64,000 nucleotides of DNA from Octopus vulgaris. Its lineage: Eukaryota. The notes under the pieces are model-generated. The model saw only the letters and a list, made by a program, of their open reading frames with translations, ran no database searches and had not been told where the DNA came from. Made by a program: the position numbers and the translations under genes. This document shows positions 53,545 to 64,000 of this stretch, in pieces. The DNA lies in assembly GCA_951406725.2 (NCBI GenBank), contig OX597838.1, positions 21,390,001-21,454,000 of the forward strand, in the 5' to 3' direction. Each line of letters starts with the position of its first letter. The first letter of the stretch is position 1.

Positions 53545-54435
53545 CAGTGGTCACGTCTTCCTGGGTCTACCTCTTCCACAGCTTCCATCAACCACTAGGG
53601 TGTGGCACTTTTTCACACAGCTATCCTCATCCATTCTCACCACATGACCATACCAGTGCAGTCGTCTCTCTTGCACACCACGTCTGATGCTTCTTCTGTC
53701 CAACTTTTCTCTCAAGGCACTTACACTCTGTCGAGTATGCACACTGACATTACACATCCATTGGATCATACTGGCTTCATTCCTTGTGAGCTTATACATG
53801 TCCTCAGCAATCACAGACCATGTTTCACTACTATGTAGCATGGCTGTTCGTACACATGCATCATACAGTCTACCTTTTACCTCAAGGCGGCGAGCTGGCA
53901 GAACTGTTAGCACGCCGGGCGAAATGCGTAGCTGTATTTCGTCTGCCGTTATGTTCTGAGTTCAAATTCCGCCAAGGTCGACTTTGCCTTTCATCCTTTC
54001 GGGGTCGATAAATTAAGTACCAGTTATGCACTGGGGTCGATGTAATCGACTTAATTCGTTTGTCTGTCCTTGTTTGTCCCCTCTGTGTTTAGCCCCTTGT
54101 GGGTAATAAAGAAACACATACAGTCTACCTTTTACTCTGAGCGAGAGGCCCTTTGTCACCAGCAGAGTTAGGAGCTCACTAAACTTTGGCCAGGCTATTC
54201 CTATTCTAGCAGCTACACTTTCAGAGCACCCACTCCTGCTACTGACTTGGTCACCTAGGTAACGGAAGCTATCAACTACTTCTAGTTTTTCTCCCTGGAA
54301 TGTGGCAGAAGTTGTTGTTTTCAGTGTTTATTGCTCCTGAGCATCTGCCACATACAAAAACTATTTTCCCAGTTAGCCTTCCTTTGATATTGCTGCACCT
54401 CTTATGTGTCCATAGCTTACACTGGGTACATCTTA
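53545..54435 (-). pseudogene. RTE-clade LINE ORF2 3' fragment, interrupted by a SINE
   Basis: KGRLYDACVRTAMLHSSETW...RLHWYGHVVRM...GRGRPRKT is the RTE C-terminal signature. The SINE at 53885-54113 is flanked by the duplicated CATACAGTCTACCTTTTAC. Confidence 0.9.
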
Positions 54436-55464
54436 GCAGTGACGTGTTGCAGTGGTGCATGCCTCCATACCTGACCTGGCACAGGTAAGTGTTGGCAGCA
54501 GGAAGGGCATCCAGTCTTAGAAAGATCTGCTTCAACGAATTCCGTCTGACCTATACAAGCATGAAAAAGTGAATATTAAAGAGATGATGCTGATGTGTGT
54601 GTGTGTGTATGCATGTATCTGTGTGTTTATGTGTGCACATATGTGTATGCCTGTGTAGTTTGAGGGAGATTTGGTTGCTATTTCTAGCAGGCTCAGTACC
54701 ACATTTAATTTCCCTTTCTAGCTCTATAAGAAATACATACTCTCAGCCATTGGTCAGCTGGTGTCATGTGACTTGGTGGATCTGATTCAACATGGACAAG
54801 CATTTAGCTTTGTTGTTTAACTCTAGGTCAACCCTGATCAAGCAGCCCTATGATTAAAGGCATTCCATCCATGCCCAACACTACTATCTATTTGCCTGTA
54901 GTATAACTAAGACTCCTGATTTGTGTGTCTTTCCTTTCTCAAGACATTAAGATATTATCTGAGAGTAGTTTGGCTGCTATTTCTGTCAGGTGATGTGGCT
55001 TTTTTTTTTGTCAGTCATATTGCTGAGTTGCCTGATTGTGTTACCTGTTCTAAAGGTAAGATATTTGTATTCTTAACCTTTATCCCACAAACAGGTGATT
55101 AAAACTTTGTTGTGTGTCACTGAAGGTGTTTCTATGTGGTTGCTTGAGGTCTTCTAGAAATAGCAGCTGAGTCTCCCTGAAATCACACCTTCCTGCATAA
55201 TTCACCCCTTATCTTGTACACGTTTCAGTCATGAGACTGTGGCCATGCTGGGGCACTGCCTTGAATTTATAGATGAATGTATTGATGCCAGTAATTTATT
55301 TTTTTAAGCCGGGTGCTTATTCTATTGATCACTTTTGCCGAACTGCTATGTTACGGGGGGTGGGGGACATGAACACTCCAACACCAGTTGTCAAGTGGTG
55401 GAGCGGTGGGGACAAACATAGACACACATACATAGACATATACATACATACATATAAAGACACT

Positions 55465-55886
55465 GCTTGCAAAGACCTGTTGAGGCAAGTGAAATCGAAA
55501 TCAAATTCGATGACTGGCATCCGCGCGAGTGGAGCACTAAGAGCACCATCCGAGCATGATCGTTGCCAGAGCGGCTAACTGGCGTTTGTGCTTGTGGCAC
55601 GTAGAAAGCACCATTGGAACGTGATCGTTACCAGCATCGCCTTACTGGCACTTGTGCCGGGGTGCAGGTAACACGTAAAATAAAAAAAAAAAACCGATTT
55701 TTTTGTGGCACGTAAAAGCACCCACTACACCCTTGGAGTGGTTGGCGTTAGGAAGGGCATCCAGCTGTAGAAACTCTGCCAGATCAAGATTGGAGCCTGG
55801 TGCAGCCATCTGGTTCGCCAGTCCTCAGTCAAATCGTCTAACCCATGCTAGCATGGAAAGCGGACGTTAAACGATGATGATGATGA
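55465..55886 (+). mobile_element. Short element with (GAT)n tail (GTTGGCGTTAGGAAGGGCATCCAGCTGTAGAAAC...ACGTTAAACGATGATG), likely RTE-mobilised
   Basis: Same 3' module at about 1620-1950, 2870-3270, 7665-7790-, 48610-49060-, 49790-50070, 52133-52430-, 57180-57480, 62360-62745 and 63725-64000. Confidence 0.75.
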
Positions 55887-56419
55887 TACGAAGGGTGTAT
55901 GATAAGTCTTGAACTTCAAAAAGACAAAACATGGTACAAGACTTCTGATGAAGGTACAAGACTTGAAGGCTTATTGAAAATAATTATGAGCCACAGAAGC
56001 TGTTTTAATACCAGAAGGTAATATTTGGCCCCATTTAAAAGTGGATGTTGTCCTAGAACACAATACTGCAGTAGTTAATTAACCCTGAGAGGACCTTTGG
56101 TACGGGCTTTCGGTGCATATAAGCAATCTTGTTTATCTGTGTTATATCAATAAATAGTCATTCTGGAATTCAGTGTGCACACTCAAGCACTTCCTCACTT
56201 ACTCTTTCTGTCTGTCTGTCTGTCTCTCTCTCTGTCTCTGTCTCTCTCTCTCATACACACATGCGTTTGCTCAGTTTCTCTCACATACGTTCACTCTCTC
56301 TCTCTCTCTCCCTCTCCTCTTTCTCCCTGCCCCTCTCAGATTCAGTGTGTACGGACACACATGCAGAAATACTCTCAAATTCAGTGCTTGTACACACGCA
56401 CACGTATGACACATGCACA

Positions 56420-56665
56420 ACACACACATCTTATGAATTAGGTAGGCACACATCTTTTGAATTAGGTAGGCACAAACACACACACATAGTCTCTTAAATC
56501 CCATGTGCTTGCACACACATGCACACACACACACACAGTCTCTTAAATTCCATGTGCTTGCACACACATGCACACACACATGCACACACACACACTCACA
56601 CAGTCTCTTAAATTCCATGCATGTGCACGCACACGCACACACACATGCACTCATGCACACGCACA
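56420..56665. repeat. Small minisatellites within (CA)n
   Basis: CATCTT(A/T)TGAATTAGGTAGGCAC x2 and AGTCTCTTAAAT(T/C)CCATG x3. Confidence 0.85.
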
Positions 56666-57780
56666 CTTTTCTTTTATTAGTCGATGACATTTCAACCACT
56701 GAAATACTTCTGTGCTTCTAAGAGAGGTGAGTTATTAGAACCATTAAAACAAAGGAGAAAAAAACAGCTGTGATATTTAGCTCAGGACCTTTTTTCTTTT
56801 TCATTCCAAGTTCATCTCTCTCTTAGGTCAACTTTGCTTTTCCTCCTTTTGAGGTAAGATATCATCATCATCGTCATTGTTTTGTTGTTTTAACATCCAC
56901 TTTTCCATGCCTGCATGGGTCAGATGGAATTCGTTGAGGTGCATTTTTTTTTTGCAGCTGGGATGCCTTACCTGTCACCGACCCTCACTTGTTTCTGACC
57001 AAGGTAATATTTCCCCACGAGCAGGTATATTTTTCCGTGGAATTATTACAAACCAAAGGACACAACGTTGTGTGATGGTGACACTTGTTCACAACTGTCA
57101 TATGATGTCAAGGCAAGGAAACTGTCACATACATATACACATGTGTGAGAGTGCATGTGTGTGTATTTTTTAGTCTTGCAGGTTACTTGGTGACCCTGTC
57201 AGTGCAGGTGCCACTTAAAAAGCATCCAGTCCACACTGTAAAGTGGTTGGTGTTCAGAAGGGCATCCAGCTGTAAAAACCTTGCCAAAACAGACCTTACC
57301 TGTGCTTTTGCCATGTAAAAAGCACTGCTGGGTGGTTGGTGTTAGGAAGGGCATCCAGCCATAAAAATCCTGCCAAAACAGTCACAGAAGTCTGGTGCAG
57401 GATTCTGCCTGGCTGGCTCCTGTCAAACCATCCCACCCATGCCAGCATGGAAAGTGGATGTTAAATCATGATGATGATGATAATATATATGGATATATAT
57501 ATATATATATTGTTTTTTCGTATTATTTTTGTATTTATATTCGTGTAACATCGTCCATTTTTCCGTCCTTGTTTCATATACATTCAAAGCTTTTTTCCAA
57601 GGAATCTAATGCTCTTAGCTTAGTTTTTCCTTGGGGCTGGCCAGATTGGAGCAATCTCAAGATTAATCAGCCGAAATTGCGAGGATGATCCGGTTCTTGA
57701 CTGAAGATTAAAGGCTTCGAATCACCTGTCCGTGTTTTTTGTATCGTCTTCTGGATGTTTTGTGTTCTTGTCCCATTTTG

Positions 57781-57832
<52 letters not shown>

Positions 57833-59332
57833 CACATATATATATGTATGTGTATATATCATCATCATCAACATGTAACACCCGTTTTCCATATGCCGGC
57901 ATGGGTTGGATGACTTGACAGGAACTAGCCGTACCTGGTTCCATCATCTGTTTTGGTTTAGTTTCTACAGCTGGATGCCCTTCCTAATGCCACCTAGTTT
58001 TTCATGTGCATACTGGGTGCTTTTTACGTGGCACAATCACCAGTGCTTTTTATGTGACATCAGTACCATTGCTTTTTATGTGGCACCTTGGTTTTAGGAT
58101 CTCAATTCTGTTGTGGTGGGCAGGTCTTCTGAAGTACAGCAATGTGCTACATATCTGTCATCTGTCACCGTCATAAAGCTCAGCGTTTTAAGATCAATTT
58201 TCAATACTTTGTCCCATGTCTTTCTGGGTCTCCTCTTCCACAACTTCCTTCCACTTTACATGTTTCAGTTATTTGACTGCAGCCATGCTGGAGCACTGCC
58301 ATATAGGAGTGGCTGTGTGGTAAGAAGCTTGCTTACCAACCACATGGTTCCAGGTTCAGTCCTACTGTGTGGAACCTTGGGCATGTGTCTTCTACTATAT
58401 AGCCTCAGGCCAACCAAAGCCTTGTGAGTGGATTTGGGAGAAGGAAACTGAAAGAAGCCCATCGTATATATATATATGTGACTGCGTGTTGGCGATTTTT
58501 TTTCCTCTGTCTTCCCTTCTCTGGATCTTTCCTTCTCCTATGTTTCCGACAAAGAGCTCCGCTCGAAACATTAAACCCTCCTTCTTCCCTTCCTTCCTGA
58601 GCGTCCAATAATACTATATTTGTTCCACATCCTCGCGTTGTTGTGTTTTCTCTTTGTGTTTTCATGTTTAGATTAACTATATATATGTATATGTGTCTGT
58701 CCCCCAACATCGCTTGACAACCAATGCTGGTGTGTTTACGTCCCTGTAACTTAGGAGTTCGGCAAAACAGACCGATGGAATAAGTACTAGGCTTACAAAG
58801 AATAAGACATGGGATCGATTTATCATTCAGCTAGTGGTAGGGACATAAATTGTGACTAAGGTTTGGTGGAAGATTTTAATCCAAAACTTATGAAAAGAAG
58901 ACATTTGTACTCAGAGCCAGAACCGGTTTCAGCCAGGTCGGCAACAAAAGGGTTAATTCTTGTTTGGATGCACGCAACTGCATGATGGGCAGTGCATGTA
59001 TGTTCCATTCTGGGTATGGTTGAACGCCTTTCCTGACACTGGTCTTTTTTCCACGAAGAGTATAGAGGGCAGTGTATTGTAACCACCAGCTTCAGTGAAG
59101 TTTTGCCTTCTGCATTTTCAATGCTAACCAGATTTCCATTGCTTTTTTTTTTTTTTTTTTTTTTGTTCTGTGCATTTCTATGAATCTGGTTCTTTTACTT
59201 GTTACCTCATGAATAAACATGAATTTATAAATACCTTCCTTCTCCAAACGAATTTTGTTTTCTGTTTTTTCCTGTCCTTACCTCACCTGTTTCCTCTTTC
59301 CCCTCACCTTTCACTCTAAATATATATATACA

Positions 59333-59375
<43 letters not shown>

Positions 59376-59418
59376 GTACATGCATAGATAAATATATATA
59401 TTTATGTATGTATGTGTG

Positions 59419-59469
<51 letters not shown>

Positions 59470-59980
59470 TTATGTACCTATAGTGTTTTAAGAGAGTATT
59501 CGCTAATTAGTTATGTTAATTGTATTCGTTAATTAGCTAAGGTCATTACATTCATTCACATTGTGACACACATACAGAAAATATTACACAAACACAAACT
59601 GATGATGCAGTAGCCATATATATATATATATACATACACACATGTGCACTCATATTTATAAAAAGATGTGTGTGCATGTACGTATATATATACGTAGGCA
59701 TTCGCACACGGTTACATACACTTAAATACATACTAAAAGGTTTGGTTAAGCCCTCTACTCCATGTATATTTATGTCAAATTCCATAGTATACAACTACTG
59801 ATGACCTTGACAAATATATGAACACAACCACATTGTGTGTGTATATATGTATGTATACATATATATATATATATGCATACATTCATATATACACATACAA
59901 ACATACACAAATATATACATACAAATATATATACGTGTGTATATATACATATACATACAAACATAAATATACATACATGC

Positions 59981-60017
<37 letters not shown>

Positions 60018-61301
60018 TACATACAAACAAAAATATATATACACACATAACCCATGCTAGCATGGAAAGCGGACGTTAAATGATGATGATATATATATAT
60101 ATATATATATATACTCTTTTACTTGTTTCAGTCATTTGACTGTGACCATGCTGGAGCACCAACTTTAGTAGAGCAAATCGACCCCAGGACTTATTCTTTG
60201 TCACCCTAGTACTTATTCTATCGGTCTCTTTTGCTGAACCGCTAACTTACGAGGACGTAAACACACCAGCATTGGTTGTCAAGCGATGTTGGGGGACAAA
60301 CACAGACACACAAACATATATATATATACATATATATGACAGGCTTCTTTCAGTTTCCGTCTACCAAATCCACTCACAAGGCTTTGGTTGGCCTGAGGCT
60401 ATAGTAGAAGACACTTGCCCAAGGTGCCACGCAGTGGGACTGAACCCGGAACCATGTGGTTGGTAAGGTATATATAAGTATGTGTGTGTGTATACGCTTG
60501 TGTGTCTGCGTTTGTCTCCCCAGCATCGCTTGACAGCCGATGGTGGTGTGTTTACGTCCCCGTAACTTAGTGTTTCGGCAAAAGAGACCGATAGAATAAG
60601 TACTAGGTTTACAAAGAATAAGTCCTGGGGTCGATTTGCTCGACTAAAGGCGGTGCTCCAGCATGGCCACAGTCAAATGACTGAAACATGTAAAAGAGTA
60701 AAAAGAGTATAACTCTCTATATGTATTCCATACAATAAGGTTATCCTGAAATAGGCGTTGCAGTTCTATTGGGAAAATCCCAAATTTGTAATAATATATA
60801 TATACTCCAGGCCGACCAATGCCTTGTGAGTGAATTTGGTAGACGGAAACTGAAAGAAGTCTGTCGTATATATGTATATATATAATATATATATATATAT
60901 ATGTGTGTTTGTCCTCCTAGCATTGCTTGACAACCGATGCTGGTGTGTTTTCGTCCCCGTCACTTAGTGGTTCGGCAAAAGAGACTGGTAGAATAAGTAC
61001 TGGGCTTACAAAGAATAAGTCCCGGGATCGATTTGCTCGACTAAAGGCAGTGCTCCAGTATGGCCGCAGTCAAATGACTGAAACAAGTAAAAGATAAAAG
61101 ATAAAGAAGATATATATATATATATATATACACACACATACACACACACACATACATACATACAGATATATAGATATATATACACAAATACATATGTGAG
61201 AATATTTAGGCCAGATACGGCCAGTTTGAATGTTAAAGAGTTAAAATGATGTTAATATATGTACACATATATACAACTCATACTTATGATTCTCTTTGCA
61301 G

Positions 61302-61386
61302 GTCAGCTGACCAGTGCATCCCATGACAACTGTTTTCTATGAGCATCTGATTGCCAGAAACAATGTGTTTGGAGAAAGAATATACT
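61302..61386 (+). other. Candidate upstream exon of the TMCO4-like gene
   Basis: Strong acceptor ttctctttgcag at 61301 in unique sequence. Possible donors at 61387 (GTATGC) or 61407 (GTATGT). Confidence 0.4.
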
Positions 61387-61748
61387 GTATGCATATAGTT
61401 ATCAGAGTATGTAATTCTTTGAATTGTCTTTTTATGTTAACTGTACTTAAAATATGATTGTGTGTATGTGTGTGTGAGTATGAAACAACATATCTTTATT
61501 TTGACTGATCGTACCAAGCTAATTTTATCTGGTTTTGGTCTTCTATACGTACTGTGTGTGTGTGTGTATGTGTTTATATTTATATATATGTGCAGGTGTG
61601 GCTGTGTGATAAGAAGCTTGCTAACCAACCACATGGTTTGGGGTTCAGTCCCACTGCGTGGCACCTTGGGCAAGAGTCTTCTATAACCTCAGGTTGACCA
61701 AAGCCTTGTGAATGGATTTGATAGACGGAAACTGAAAGAAGCCATTCG

Positions 61749-61805
<57 letters not shown>

Positions 61806-63301
61806 CTGTGTATTTTTGTTTGACCCCATCCCCACCATTGCTTGACAACTGATGTTGGTGTGTTTATGCCCCCGTAACTTAGCAGTTTAGCTAAAGATAT
61901 CAATAGAATAAGTACCAGGCTTACAAAGAATAAGTCCAGGGGTTGCATTACTTCGACTAAAAGGCGGAGCTCTGGCGTGGCCCCAGTCAAATGACTGAAA
62001 CAAGTAAAAGAACATATATATATATATAATCGTCATCATTTATATATATATATATATATCATCGTCATCATTTATATATATATATCATCACCATCACATG
62101 ACTGACCAGTCCATCAGATGTAGTTACACATCGCTGGTCACAATGTGTTCACATTTTTTTAGCCTTCGAATGACGCCACCCCGCTGGCTAAGCGAGCAGG
62201 CCAACAAAAGAAAGAGTGGTGAAAGAGTACAGCAGGGATCACCACCGCCTGCCGGAGCCTCACAACGCCCGGTCTGGGAATCGAAACCGCGATCCTACGA
62301 CTGCGAGTCCGCTGCCCTAACCACTAGGCCATTGCACCTCCACATATATATATATATGTCCCGTGTCGGTGGCACGTAAAAGCACCATCCGTTCGTGTTC
62401 GTTGTCAGCCTCGGCTGGCCCCCGTGCCGGTGACACGTAAAAGCACCATCCGTTCGTGGCCGTTTGCCAGCTCTGTCTGGCCCCGTGTCGGTGGCACGTA
62501 AAAGCACCATCCGTTCGTGGCCGTTCGCCAGCTCTGTCTGGCACCTGTGCAGGTGGCACGTAAAAAACACCCACTACACTCGCGGAGTGGTTGGCGTTAG
62601 GAAGGGCATCCAGCCGTAGAAACACTGCCAGATCTGACTGGGCCTGATGAAGCCTTCCAGCTTCACAGACCCCAGTTGACCCGTCCAACCCATGCTAGCA
62701 TGGAAAGCGGACGCTAAATGATGATGATGATGATGATGATGATGATATATATATATATATATATATATATCATCGTCATCATTTAATGTCCGTTGTCCAT
62801 GCTGGCATTGGTTGGACAGTGTGACTAGAGCTGACAAGCTGGTGGTTGTGGGGCCTGCACCAGACTCCAGTCTCATTTGGCAGGGTTTCTACAGCTGGAT
62901 GCCCTTCCTAACACCAACCACTTTACTGAGTGTGCTGGATGCTTTTACATGACCCAACATGGGTGCTTTTATAATAATAATAATCTTTTGTACTATAGGC
63001 ACAAGGTTTGAAATTTTGTGGAGGTGGGCTAGTTGATTATATTGGCCCCAGTGCAAAACTGGTGCTTATTCTATCAACTCTGTAAAGAAGTTGACCTTGG
63101 CGGAATTTGAACTCAGAACGTCAAGGCTGATGAAATGCTGCTAAGCATTTTGCCAGGTGTGCTAATGATTCTGCCATCTCACCTGTTTTTTTTTTTTTTA
63201 ATAACAATGTTTATTGATTTTATTTTTCACCAGGTGCCATTGGTTACGTTAAAGTTCTGACATCTGAGGTGTGGGCTTCGAACAAGAAACCTTCAACAGG
63301 G

Positions 63302-63570
63302 ATGGCCACTTCTACTGAGGCCAGTTCCACAGAGGCCAGTTCTACTGAGACCACTTCTACTGAGGCCACTTCTACAGAGGCCAGTCCTACTGAGACCACT
63401 TCTAATGAGGCCAGTTCAACTAAGGATGTGCCCAATGCAGACCCTGGAGAAGATCTGAAGGCTAAACCAGTCACATGTACTCTCAAACAGATGACCGATG
63501 CCGGACAGTTCTCATACTCCAGTATTTGTGCTCTGGGACTGAAGGTACTCTTTGATGACAAATGGCATCA
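63302..63570 (+). CDS. TMCO4: TMCO4-like protein, N-terminal coding part of exon 63234-63570
   Basis: tttttcaccag acceptor at 63233 and CA|GTAAGT donor at 63571. KQMTDAGQFSYSSICALGLKVLFDDKWH aligns from memory to human TMCO4 RELTEANRFAYAALCGISLSQLFPEPEH. ATG at 63302 in GGGATGG context. Only one exon is visible. Confidence 0.72.
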
Positions 63571-64000
63571 GTAAGTAGACACTGAGATGTGTATTTATAT
63601 GTATATGCCTGTGGTCTGTGTGTATATGTGTGCATAGCTGTCTCTGTGTGTGTGTCCACATTTATGTATATGTGTGTATGTATGAGGAAATGCTGAAAAG
63701 TTAGTGTATTGCAAAAGGCCTGGCTAGAGGCAGCTGGACTGGCTCCTGTGCAGGTGGGACGTGAAAAACACCATTTGAGCATGGCCGTTGCCAGTACCGC
63801 CTGACTGGCCCTCGTGCCGGTGGCACATAAAAGCGCTCACTACACTCTCGGAGTGGTTGGCATTAGGAAGGGCATCCAGCTGTAGAAACTCTGCCAGATC
63901 AAGATTAGAGCCTGGTGCAGCCATCTGGTTCGCCAGCCCTCAGTCAAATCGTCCAACCTATGCTAGCATGGAAAGCGGATGTTAAACGATGATGATTATT

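Overview
Repeat-saturated, AT-rich eukaryotic DNA. The SINE families, microsatellite load and gene structure fit a coleoid cephalopod, probably Octopus (inference). Two spliced genes point away from each other. On the minus strand are the first five coding exons of a MAPKAPK5 (MK5/PRAK) orthologue (8308 to 508, continuing left of the window). On the plus strand is the first conserved coding exon of a TMCO4-like gene (63234-63570, continuing right). Between them lie many tRNA-derived SINE copies, RTE and R4/Dong LINE relics, a mariner pseudogene, Merlin-, piggyBac-, pogo- and hAT-like MITEs, Helitron/Helentron-like elements and long microsatellites. Almost all ORFs in the supplied track are repeat translations. 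Signals these features do not explain: (i) a dispersed set of minimal type I hammerhead-ribozyme motifs, mostly in short inserts beside TA/ATT microsatellites; (ii) a candidate unannotated 42-aa small-ORF gene with a CCAATx4/TATA/Inr promoter and ideal Kozak at 50.6-51.1 kb; (iii) an uORF-dense MK5 leader with an in-frame UAG that A-to-I editing could open; (iv) orphan minus-strand exon-like blocks at about 35.8 kb and 21.7-23.4 kb. Repeat boundaries were read by eye and are approximate.
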